Below are positions 12,424-22,523 of a stretch of DNA of 46,602 bases, in pieces. How positions within the stretch are numbered: the first letter of the stretch is position 1; every line of letters starts with the position of its first letter. The stretch covers positions 1 to 46,602 of the forward strand of contig JAHBMJ010000482.1 in the NCBI GenBank assembly GCA_018398765.1. The letters run 5' to 3'. The notes beneath the pieces were generated by a model. That model did no database searches and had not been told where the DNA came from. It saw nothing but the letters and a program-made list of their open reading frames with translations. Source of the stretch: Chromera velia. Taxonomy: Eukaryota. A program made the translations under genes and the position numbers.

Positions 12424-12915
12424 TGAATCAATCGTTAATTCAATAATTTTGGGTTTTTTAGCCGATTGACGTCTATGCAGCTTACTACTAGTAGCTAGTA
12501 TACTCGGTACCTTATAAAAAGGTGGCACAATTTCAAATTTTGTATATGTATGAACCGGAAATACTAATAAAGTTATACCTAAAAATATGTGTGCACATAG
12601 GCTAGCGGCTATTAGCACCTATAGGCTACTTCACTATATGGTTAGTTGTAGACTCAATGTAGAGACGAAAAGCCGAAATAGCCAAAAATAAACACCCAAC
12701 CTAGCGCACCCTGCCAATCCTTTTAATCACAAAACTTTGCCAGAGGCTCAGAGCCTAAAACGTTGGCTCACTAGCACCAGGGTCAGCAACTTCATAAAAC
12801 TTTAATATCGATGTTAATACTGGTAGTATAATTCACTTAGTAGTAATGAACAAAAAAAAATGAAAAAATATAGTAATATTTTGGTATGTTGCAAATTGCG
12901 TAATGGGTGGCTGCC

Positions 12916-13209
12916 AGAATAAACTAAGTAGCTCAGTAATGGGCAGAGATCATGATCAGAAGAAGTGTCAGTCCTCAGTCAATCACACAGAACAGATGAA
13001 TCAAATAAATCCTATAAAAACTCAATCGCATGGAAAATAAATCGCTCGAAATACGCACATGCATGGATCAACCCGCGCGATTATTCGACCCGCGGCGAAT
13101 AATCGTCCCGCGCACAAGATGCGTACAAGAGGCCCCAGTCCGGCCTAAAGCGCAGTGCGGCGCGGCGGCAGTACCCCGCGGCACGGCGGCAGTACCCCGA
13201 TCTTCAACT
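12916..13209 (-). repeat. 3' LTR of the copia element (294 bp)
   Basis: Identical to 18861-19154 except 7 substitutions (287/294). Minus-strand termini AGTTGAAG...TTTATTCT. Confidence 0.95.
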
Positions 13210-13220
13210 CCCCCCCTCTG
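13210..13220 (-). other. Polypurine tract of the copia element
   Basis: Minus strand reads CAGAGGGGGGG immediately 5' of the 3' LTR. Confidence 0.85.
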
Positions 13221-13294
13221 GTGACTCATCGAAGAGGAGTCGACAGACTAAAGAACAGCCGTATGCTCTAACTAACTGATCTAACTACGAAGGC

Positions 13295-14083
13295 TCAACA
13301 GGGTTGTCCATTCACCATAAAATCCTTCGGCCATGTCACATCAAGCTTTTTCCATTTTGTTAAACCATCAGCAAGCTGCTCACTCTCTCCAGACACATGC
13401 TTGGTTGCGACGTTCATTCCATTCAATTCTTGAATGCACCACTTCAAAATTCCAGTGAGACCTTGCTCTTTCTTACTCACACCTGCTTCTGTCTGTCCAA
13501 GAGAAGTTGCACTGTCTGAAAATAAACGAACACGCAGAGAGGAAAAAAGAATCTGAAGAGAACGCACAAGCATCGGAAGTCTCTTCAGACCAGCATGGAT
13601 CGCAAAAAGCTCTCCACCCGGAGCTGACAAGACCAGGCGCTTTTCCTTGTGTGTGGCCCAATCCAAAATGTTCAACCAACACCGCAAAGACCAAGACCGA
13701 TCAGCGAGTTGAATGATCACAGCAGAACGAGCGGAGCATGTCTTTCCTCTGAAGCCACTGTCCATAAACACCCACAATTCAGGATCGTACACGGCAACAA
13801 AGATGAGTTCTTTTGGAGACGCTGCGTGTATGCGAATCAGCGTGATAATGACAGCAAGATGACGCTTAGTCAGAGTCTTACTGAAAGAGGCCAACTCATT
13901 AGCAGCAAAGGCAAGATTAAAACGCAGTCTGGCAAGCCAGGCAAGACGACCAATCCATTTCAGATACTCCCCTTCCAACGATATGTCAATCTCATCAGGC
14001 TCAGGAGGAGAGAAATCACTGTTTACCACTACCCCGCTTGGCTTGCCCCTTGGAAGAGAAGAGAGAGAGACATAACCATTCAT
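13295..14083 (-). pseudogene. copia pol: RT C-terminal part and RNase H domain
   Basis: Motifs YLKWIGRLAWLARLRFNLAFA, FMDSGF, SAPGGELFAI, LFSDS and QLADGLTK. Frameshifted relative to the upstream RT ORF. Confidence 0.9.
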
Positions 14084-15537
14084 TCCCTGATAGGCTCGAT
14101 TGTCAAACGTCTGATATCAAATCCCACCTGTTTTTGAGGTGTGTCCTTCAACAACTGTGCTTCATCCATTTCGATTGGCCCTTTTCCTGCAATTTGTCTG
14201 AGAGTAGCGAGAGGGTCAGGTGAAGCAAGCGCAACGTCATCGACGTGCTTCAAAAGAAGACCATCGCATGGCACGTGCTTCACTTTCGTGATGGATGAAT
14301 CATCAGCAGTTGCAGGATGAGGCAGAGAATGAGAAGGTCGAACAAGAGCAAAAGTGCTTTCCATCAATTCCCCCCAACCCAGTCGAATCAGAACACGGTA
14401 AAAAAAACGAGCAAAAATCAGAGGAGCGTCTTTCAGACCGTAGGCAGCTGCCTGCAGGAGGTACACAGCACCTGCCTTCAGTCCCAAACGAAGAGCAGCA
14501 GGAGGCAATCATGCAGGCATCCTGATACCGATCCGTCCGACGCTGGATGGAAGGCGAGCTTGGAGGAACGCACAAGTGATGTCTGCAAAAGCAATCTGCC
14601 AGCCCATTGTTAAAGCAAAAACAAAAAGAATACGAATCGAAAAAACGGCTGGTGTCCCTGCGTAAGTTTTGACTGTCCAGCGATCAAAAAACTTGTTGCC
14701 AGCCAGGCAGAGACGAGCTTTTGCTTTTTGTGTAGCTCCTTTCATGAACTTCCATGTCATCACCCAAATCAGCAGAATGATTGTCAAGAGATTGTATGCA
14801 TGACTATCTTTCTTTACTTCTTTCCCATATGCAGAAAATCGTTCCCACTTCCCGATCTCCCTGTCCCCCGCTTCGTTAAATTTTCCTTCACGCACCTCCC
14901 CCATAGTTGCATCAACATATGTCTTGCCTGTCTCCTCAGGACCATCTTTCTCAAGACAAGCAATCTTTCTATCGACTGTCTGCTTTGCTTTCACAGCTGT
15001 CTCAAAAGAGTGACCAAAGCAAGGAAAAGAGATGAGACGAGCAGAACATACGCTTTCTTCATCACAGAAGAAAAAGTCATGTTGACGTCGGCGGCGAGGA
15101 GAAGACAAAGAAGAAGAAAAAGAAGAAGAGGAAGAGGAAGAAGAGGAAGAAGAAACAGAAGAAAGAGAAGAGAGAGAAGGTTTCACTCCTTGTGCCTCGG
15201 CAGGTCCTTCCTCGTCTGACTCATCAGGACCGAAGAGATCCATGAAGAGAGAGGCAAGGTCGGATTCTTCTGCAACCTCAGCCGGCTGACCAGCAGGAGC
15301 TGCAGGAGGATCTATCACTTGAATGACAGCCTGAGGAATCTTTTCTTTGTTTCTTTCCTTCTTCAAATCAAAAAGATTCGTCAATCGATCAGAATGCACT
15401 TTCTGCGAGTTCTGTGCATCTGGTAGTCCAAACTGGTATCCTGTGATCTCCCCCCCCGAATGACGAATGAGGGACACAGACACAAAGCCAGCAGGTGTGC
15501 AAGAAAAACAACGAACAAGATGAAGCACACCATTCAC
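14080..15537 (-). pseudogene. copia pol: linker and reverse transcriptase domain
   Basis: Motifs KAKARLCLAGN, ADITCAFLQA, AAYGLKDAP and LLKHVDD (YxDD equivalent). In-frame TGA at 14509-14511. Confidence 0.92.
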
Positions 15538-15565
15538 TGAGACCAGTGCACAGGAATGAGAAGAG

Positions 15566-16670
15566 TTAGAAGAAGAAAGAAAAGGAACAACAGGTGGATC
15601 CCCCCCCCNCCCCCCCCCCCAATGCAGCCCCCCCGCTCTGTGCTACTTGAGTCCCTTCAACTTCAGGAAACTCATGAATGACTGTCTCGGAAGGACCTTG
15701 AATAGACGGATGCATAGAGCCGCACATGCGTGAGACAACAAACGACCACAGCCCTGACTGCGTAAACACACCAGGACTTGCATGCTTAATGTCTTTGGTG
15801 TTCGTCTTGACGGCACTCAACCAACGAAAGCGAACGGTGCACCACTCAAACACAACAGACTCAGAACGAGAAATAGCAAAAGCAAAAATACCAAAACGAC
15901 CGTGAGGAGGGATAGACTTGACTCGTTCAGTGGGAGAAAACACGACAAGGTCACCGGGCATGAGAGAAATGTCTGGCACTTTACCCGTTGAGAGGCGCAA
16001 AGGAGACGCCTTCCGGTAGGTAGCAGTATGGTTATATGCCTATTCAACACAAAGGCAGAGAAGAGGAACAAAACGCAAAGGAAGACCCTAAATTGCAATA
16101 AGAGAAGCCATACCAGAACGCAAAACTGTCCACCACTTCTCTATTGCACCGCGAGAAGAGTGAGAAGCAAACGGACGAACGACCGTGCCCACGTGATCAA
16201 GAACCGCACGGACATCTTCCCCAACAATGCCCTTTTCGTTGTCACAGCAAAGAAGCTTGAAGGCACCGTGAGTGAGATTCCACTCATTCACGAAGGGAAG
16301 CAAGTCCTTGCCTGCCCGAGAAGGAGACGGACGGCACTGCACGACCCTTGAACGGAGATCGACAAGAGCAAAGAAAATCAACCTGCCATATGGAGTCGAA
16401 CCATATGCAGGGTCCAAATCTGAGAGAAACATCAGATCCGTCCATCCTTCTTCTAAAAAGGAACGAGGAAAGGAAGACTCGAGATCGGAAGGATCACGAG
16501 AGCGGAAAGACTTGTTTACAGCATAAACTCGATCACACGAGACGCACCAGGGAAAAACAGAAAGAAGCTTTCTTTTTGGAATGGAAAGAAACTGAGTGTT
16601 GTCCTACCCCTTCCATGTGTCGATCAAATGAGAAAGAAAGGGATAGATGTATCTGTAATGCTGCATGAGG
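15566..16670 (-). pseudogene. copia pol: integrase (degenerate HHCC, DDE core and C-terminal region), frameshifted
   Basis: Core ORF 16088-16432 reads FLSDL...ALVDLRSR...LCCDNE...SRGAIEKWW (D-D-E spacing). Upstream fragments QHYRYIYP and CVSC resemble a broken HHCC finger. Confidence 0.8.
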
Positions 16671-17007
16671 ATAGAGTTTCGTACAGACACAGGCATACGA
16701 GTTGCGTCAAGTAGAAACGGACCAGAGGTGTCCGGGCCTTGACGTGTGCGCGCAGCAGCAGCACGATCGATGTGAGAAGGGACCTGTATGAATGTGAGAA
16801 GAGAAAGTCAAAAAGAACAAAGTGAATGCAGCGGTAATTCTATTCAGACGAGGTCCTGCCTTTCTCTATTCGCTCCAGCCCTTACATGTATTCACCCCAC
16901 CACCCATTGCTGGCTCTGTTGTGGTTCAAAAGGTATTCACAAATCGGCTGACTTAGCATTCAGAGAAAGCACAGAAGTTACGGCACTCGAAGTCCCCTCA
17001 GTTCTAT

Positions 17008-18680
17008 TCAGAACCCACTGACCCTTTGCGCAAGAACGGAAGTCGTGAAAGGAAAGTCTGCGCTCGGAGAAGCGCTCGTGAGCTTGGCCTTCACGATGTC
17101 TCTGTTGGAAGTCACGATTGCCGCATACCCAGACAAGCGACAGATCTGCGGAGTCAACAAGAGCACGTGCTTGGCCCCGGGGTGGTCAGTGAGATTCCCC
17201 ACGAGACGAACCATGGACTCATAACCCGCAGCCAGTGGAATCCGAACCTCGATGATCGCTCTCTCGTTGCAGATCACGCCCCCCCCTTCTCTTGCCCCAA
17301 AGGCCTCCGTGTACACAGACCGATGAGGCCATTGGTACACAATGCACTCAGAAACCTCTGAGAGAGGAAAGAGAGAGAAAGAACACTCGGTGTCCATGTA
17401 GAGCTTGATACCATTGTCGGTGTTCAGGCGGAAAGCAACCTCCTCTCCAGAATCCTCGGAGAGAACGAAGGCCATCCGCACGCATTCGTAAGAGGTGTTG
17501 AACCCATCTGAGTCTCTCTCACCGAGTTCGATGCAGTGAGAGAACCTGGCGATGAACTGCTCTTTGTCGAAGTCGGCAGCTTGCGAATCCTCAACAGTCC
17601 CATCCTCGTCCTCCTCTTCTTCGTCATCCTCAGTATCTCTATCTCCTGCGTGTGCACGTCGGACACACTGCTGTGAGTGCTTCTTCTTCTTGCCCTTCTT
17701 CTTCTCCTTCCCCCCAGTCATCTTCAGGTAGGTATCCGCAACGGCCTCAGCAAAGCGAGCAGAAGAGAAAGACTTCCCCCCCTTGCGCTGCTGAGAACCA
17801 GAGCCACCAGAGGAAGAAGAGGAGCTCATCTGCCCCCCGCCCCTCTGACGGTCTCCTTGGAATCCTGCCCAATACCTTCCCTTCTTCTTGTCCTTGTTGA
17901 TCTGCCATCCCCTGTACTTCTTGGAAAAGTTCTCCAACTTGTAGACGGTCTCCTCCGACACCTGGTGGAGGTTCAACTGGATAGTGTCGAGCAGACAGGC
18001 CGTCTCCGCAATGGCTGCCTCCAGTCCGTTGGGCATGGAGATGTTCGGGGAGGTCGGCACGGTGAAAGTCTTTGTGGTGGTCCCGTTGGAGACAGAGAGC
18101 ACACCGAAGGTCACAGAGGGAATTCAAACGTTCCGGTTGATCCGATCCACTGAATGTCTGCAATGAACTCCTTCTGGAAGGTGAAAGAGGATCTCACCGG
18201 CCTATCCTTCCCGTCTACCTGTTTGGTGCCCCAGGACGCAGCAAGCTTCCGGATGTCATCAGGAACACACTTCCAGAAGCGGATGCCAAGAAGTCTATCA
18301 GAAAACTTCAGGCCCACCCTGTCCGAGGAAGCGACATCGTTGATGGCAGAGAAGGCGTTCATCGACTCACGAAAAGATAAAGAGTTCTTCGATGCAAAGA
18401 CAAAAAGAAACCAGAGGGCATCAGCCAGAAGCTCATACTCTCGGTCTCCATCGATCTTCTTGTCAATGCTCTCAATGACATCCACGTAAGTCTCAGTCGC
18501 CCACTTCCTCATCTTAGTGAGGTGCGCTTCATCAGTGTCTCCGGACCCCTTCGGAGGAGCTCGCTTGGTGGCATCGGCAAGTATCTTTTCGACAACTGAA
18601 TACAAAGCACTGTCTACACCACAGAAGAAAAAGAATACAAAGTGATGGTCCGATGTTTGACAAACCGGACAGGGAAGCAA
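17008..18680 (-). pseudogene. copia gag and aspartic protease, split by a frameshift near 18111-18120
   Basis: Two overlapping ORFs (18111-18680 and 17008-18114) lie directly inside the 5' LTR. Protease-like motif LYMDTECSFS (DTE where DTG/DSG is expected). Confidence 0.7.
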
Positions 18681-18849
18681 TGGAGTTCACCCACAGTCTG
18701 AGAACTTTGGCTTACGACTGTATGCTTTTGTAGTCAGTCCGTGAAGGTGGTCTCTTGGAGGTCCAGGTGATCTTGATCTCCTTGGCAAACATCTCTACGT
18801 ATCCAGGAAGCGAGGGGAAAGGAATGACTGGAGCTTGGATGAGAGCTTA

Positions 18850-18860
18850 CTGTTAACCGC
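18850..18860 (-). other. Putative primer-binding site complementary to the tRNA-Asn(GUU) anticodon arm
   Basis: Directly inside the 5' LTR the minus strand reads GCGGTTAACAG, with no TGG. The plus strand CTGTTAACCGC contains the CUGUUAA anticodon loop and adjoining stem of tRNA-Asn. Confidence 0.6.
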
Positions 18861-19154
18861 AGAATAAACTAAGTAGCTCAGTAATGGGCAGAGATCATGA
18901 TCAGAAGAAGTGTCAGTCCTCAGTCAATCACACAGAACAGATGAATCAAATAAATCCTGTGAAAACTCAATCGCATGGAAAATAAATCGCTCGAAATGCA
19001 CACATGCATGGATCAACCCGCGCGATGATTCGACCCGCGGCGAATAATCGTCCCGCGCACAAGATGTGCACAAGAGGCCCCAGTCCGGCCTAAAGCGCAG
19101 TGCGGCGCGGCGGCAGTACCCCGCGGCACGGCGGCAGTACCCCGATCTTCAACT
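18861..19154 (-). repeat. 5' LTR of the copia element (294 bp)
   Basis: Direct repeat of 12916-13209, followed on the plus strand by TSD CTGCC. Confidence 0.95.
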
Positions 19155-19829
19155 CTGCCTCAGCTGGTAGAGGAGTGGGGGAAAATGAAAAAAAAGTCCG
19201 AAAGATGATCGCTCTTATTTTGTCGTTCCAGCCTCTGGTGGGCATGAGGGCGGTTGAGGAGTGTATAGCCAAATTAGAGAGAGTTCGTGTTGACATGTGT
19301 TAATGGATCAATGCGCTAGGTCAACAAATCAACATTGCATGTCATGCTCCGTGGTTGGCCAGAGCCTAAGTGGTGGCTCACCGGCTTTAACCACCTCAAT
19401 TCATTCATTCATTCATGTATTATGCATATAATGAACATTTATAACAGTATATAGTCATAGTCATAGTTATATAACAGTATAGTTAAACTTTCACTTGAAA
19501 ACTTCAGTGGATATTCATTGAAAAATTTCATTCCTTGATTAATTTTTTAAAAGTTTTAAGCTTAATATCTAGCTTAATATAATAAAAGTTATAATACGAG
19601 TCAAACTCAATATATTTTATACTAAATAGAAATGTGCAAGTATGTATGTTTACAGTCTGGTTTGATACGTTATCTATTGGAATCGATCTTGCATACAAAA
19701 GTCATTGCTCCCGCAACAGCCTTTACGTTGAGTTCTTCCGAGAAGTTTTTCACGGAGTTCCTGAATGACAGCAGCAAGTTTAGCTGAATCTACGTCAATC
19801 GCCATTCATGCATTGGCTCGTAGTAACTC

Positions 19830-21200
19830 TTACGACGAAGGGGCCCATCCATCCACCCGAGTGACGATTGCAGGCACCAGTCCAAGTTTTGACAGAAAGG
19901 CGCTTTCCTCCAAGAAGGCGTGTCCACCAGGCACGCCATCTTCGTCTGTCGGCTTTGAGCTCGTGCCGTTGAAAATGTGGGACGAAGTTTGATTAAACAC
20001 CGGGAGGATCGAAGGACTGAGTCCAAGATTTTGGGGATCTGGAACCCCGTAGTTTGTGCTCCTTCCGAAGGGGGTAGGCAGGTCTACAGCCGCAGAAAAG
20101 TATCCGGGGGGCACGATCATGTCGAGAAGCGCATGTAGAACAAGCGTGCGACAATTGCTTTTGAAACCGCGCTCTGACGCAAGTTTCAGGTTGACCAGAA
20201 TGTTAGAAGGGGTTTCACTGGTCCCTGAATCAGTCTCGAGTGCGAGACCCTCTGCGTTGAGAACATCGAGGGGTAGCGGGTTGTTGCGTGTCTGTTGTAC
20301 CTTCTCCTCGATGAAGTGCCGGAAGAGGACGCTGTCGAGATAGTCAAGATATGCCTGAGGGAACAGCCCGTTCATCTGATTGAAGGTCCCGACGTCCACT
20401 GCAGTTCCGTAGGGAAAGAGAACTGAACGCGACAACCCGCTGAAATCGCTATAGTCATTCAATTCCTCGGTGGACAGCTCCAGCTCTCTGTCACCCTTAA
20501 ACTTGGAGGAAACAGAGGGACCCAGATTGGAGATGAACGTGCGTCCAGCAAACACAAGTGAGCACTCGAATGGATCTTCCCCTCTGGCTGCGTACCAACT
20601 CATCAGATAGTAGGTGAAGATACCACCCATTGACCAACCTCCTACACATACGCGACTGCTGTTATTTGCCGGTTGAGCCAAGTGTACTCGCAGCTTTGTG
20701 TGGTATGCCAACAAGGTGCTGCTGTCACTCTCAACCCACTGTTCGGGAGAGCCGTCAGTCATCCCCATTCTCGACCACAAGTCCGTACTTGACCAAAGGA
20801 CATCTTTGTGATGACGCTATACGCCAGGGTAGTTCCAGGAAGCCACAAGGAAGTGGTCAGAAAGGCCGTCCATCAACTGGGAGGGCCACTCGTCCATGTG
20901 AGCAGAATAACCACAATTGAGCAACAGTAGAGGTTTGCTCGTGTTCAATTTGGAGCCGCTCCACACCGCATACTCGATATCCAGGGGGAGACCTGTCGCG
21001 TTTTTGGAAAGCAGGTTGTAGACCCACCCTCCCTCTCTGGTTTCGCTACCAGTAAGTCCCTGACTGGGGCGCGAGAGTGGTAGAGAGCTCCCATCTGCCG
21101 TCGACACGCGATTGAGTCTGGCTGTGGTGGACTGAAGTAGAAAGAAGAAAAGTGCAACACGCTTGCAACACTGAGCCTTCAAACCTGAACTATTCGCCAT
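19830..21200 (-). CDS. Secreted alpha/beta-hydrolase-fold protein (esterase/lipase-like), probably 2 exons, ~428 aa
   Basis: Hydrophobic N-terminus (VALFFFLLQS), LLLLNCGYSA, WNYPG, nucleophile elbow GWSMGG, acid in HALLDMIVP, His in GGHAFL. An in-frame TAG (20817-20819) falls inside a predicted 84-nt intron 20822-20739 (GTATAG...CTGAC...CAG). Confidence 0.8.
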
Positions 21201-22040
21201 CCTGTGAGCTCTTCCTTCTTTTCTGGACAGTTGGGGGTTCAGTAAGTAAACAGTTGTCCTGGTCTGTATCGACACAACCGTCAGATTGAGCGGGAATGAA
21301 GCAGACAGGACGCAACAACAGATGAAGATGCGTGACACGCTAATGACACAAAGTGTTGCAGCAACACGCTTGTGTTGTGCTTTCAAAACTCCTGAATCGA
21401 AGGTCTGAGAAGGTCCTTTTCAGCTTTTAGAGGTCACATGCGAATGATGCTAAGTTGGGTATCGATGCATCGGCCACCGCCGGCCACTTTGGTTCAGCGT
21501 TCGTAAGGACTTCCACTGTGTGTGGTGGACTTTCGTATAGTCTTTCAGCTATATGCGTGGATGCTGGCTCGCGGGCCGTGCACTTGCTTGGGTCCGCCCT
21601 GCAGGGCCCGCGTCGCGGCTGTTCTGTATATACTGCATGGAAGCCCGGCACGGCGCGCGGGGTAACGCCGGGGTTCTTGAAAGGTGCATGGAAAGCATGC
21701 AGTGGCATTTTCTGCATGACTGATCGAATCGACCGGCCATTGCTATGCCATTGCTGGTAAAGCAAAAACGTGCAACTTCAGATCGAGTTTGAATGTGCAT
21801 GAGAGCGCCCGCATTCGTATAGTTGAGATTGAGCGAACACACTCGTTGGACTAGCTCTCCTCGGTATATCTCGGCCACTCACGGGCAGGCCTGTCAAAAA
21901 AATCAAGTCACGTGAAGAAGGAGACGGCGGCAGTCCTTGAGGTGACTGTCCTGCGAAGATCGACCAAGCCTTGAAGTGTCTTGAGTCGTCAGAAGGCCAG
22001 GTTATCATAGAGCTTCTGATTTTACTGTGCTTGACGCAAC

Positions 22041-22523
22041 ATGAAGTTCTGGATCGCTAAGTGGGACTCGTACAGGCCCTGCAAGTACGGCACAATTTCG
22101 ATCCATAAGACCAAGGAGGGGGCTAACCGCGCAGCTAAAGATTACATGGCCAACCTGACAAGACAGTACCAGTACGCGGATGTGAGTCTGCAAAAAGATG
22201 ATCCCTACTCTGCGACAGGAATATTTGACGGTTTCGGAGGGAGTGCTTGTCTGGGTGCGAGCGTCTCCGAAGTCACGGTCGCGGCCATCGCCACCGACCC
22301 TGATATCAAGGTTGGCAACCTTCGTGATCTGTTGACTAAATTGGGTGTCCGTGCCACAGGGCGTGGGAAGAAGGGCCTTGTTGAGGCCCTGCACAATTGG
22401 GACAAGTCGCAGAGAGACGTGGGGAAGGAGAACTATTTCCCCTCAGGAACCTCTGGAGTGAAGCGAGTGAACACAGAGTTCCCTGCCCCGCTTGGGAAGA
22501 AGGTGCAGAGAACTGAAAACTGA
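22041..22523 (+). CDS. Small single-exon SAP-domain protein (160 aa)
   Basis: IKVGNLRDLLTKLGVRATGRGKKGLVEAL fits the SAP DNA-binding motif (LkVxeLrxxLxxxGlxxxGxKxxLvxrL). Basic C-terminus. Confidence 0.7.
   Translation: MKFWIAKWDSYRPCKYGTISIHKTKEGANRAAKDYMANLTRQYQYADVSLQKDDPYSATGIFDGFGGSACLGASVSEVTVAAIATDPDIKVGNLRDLLTKLGVRATGRGKKGLVEALHNWDKSQRDVGKENYFPSGTSGVKRVNTEFPAPLGKKVQRTEN

Larger units (their letters stand above)
12916..19154 (-). mobile_element. Full-length Ty1/copia LTR retrotransposon (6239 bp) with decayed ORFs and a 5-bp TSD CTGCC
   Basis: Two 294-bp direct repeats, TSD CTGCC at 12911-12915 and 19155-19159, minus-strand domain order gag-protease-integrase-RT-RNase H, and a polypurine tract abutting the 3' LTR. 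Confidence 0.96.

Noticed and set aside
13030..13224. Short ORFs within the LTRs (also 19090-19303)
   Set aside because: They lie in LTR sequence, are not preserved as the same ORF in both copies and have no recognisable domain.
15601..15620. Poly-C/G runs containing a single N (15609; also 33954 and 41292) as biological features
   Set aside because: Typical scaffold joins at homopolymers. True length and reading frame across them are unknown, so the pol break here may be an assembly artefact.
18105..18125. Programmed gag-pol frameshift
   Set aside because: No slippery heptamer is evident and the element has several other disruptions; a 1-nt deletion is the simpler explanation.
18873..18900. 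tRNA gene suggested by GTAGCTCAGTAATGG (also at 12928)
   Set aside because: No T-arm/B-box (GTTCRA) or cloverleaf follows, and it lies inside the LTR. Kept only as a possible primer-pairing segment.
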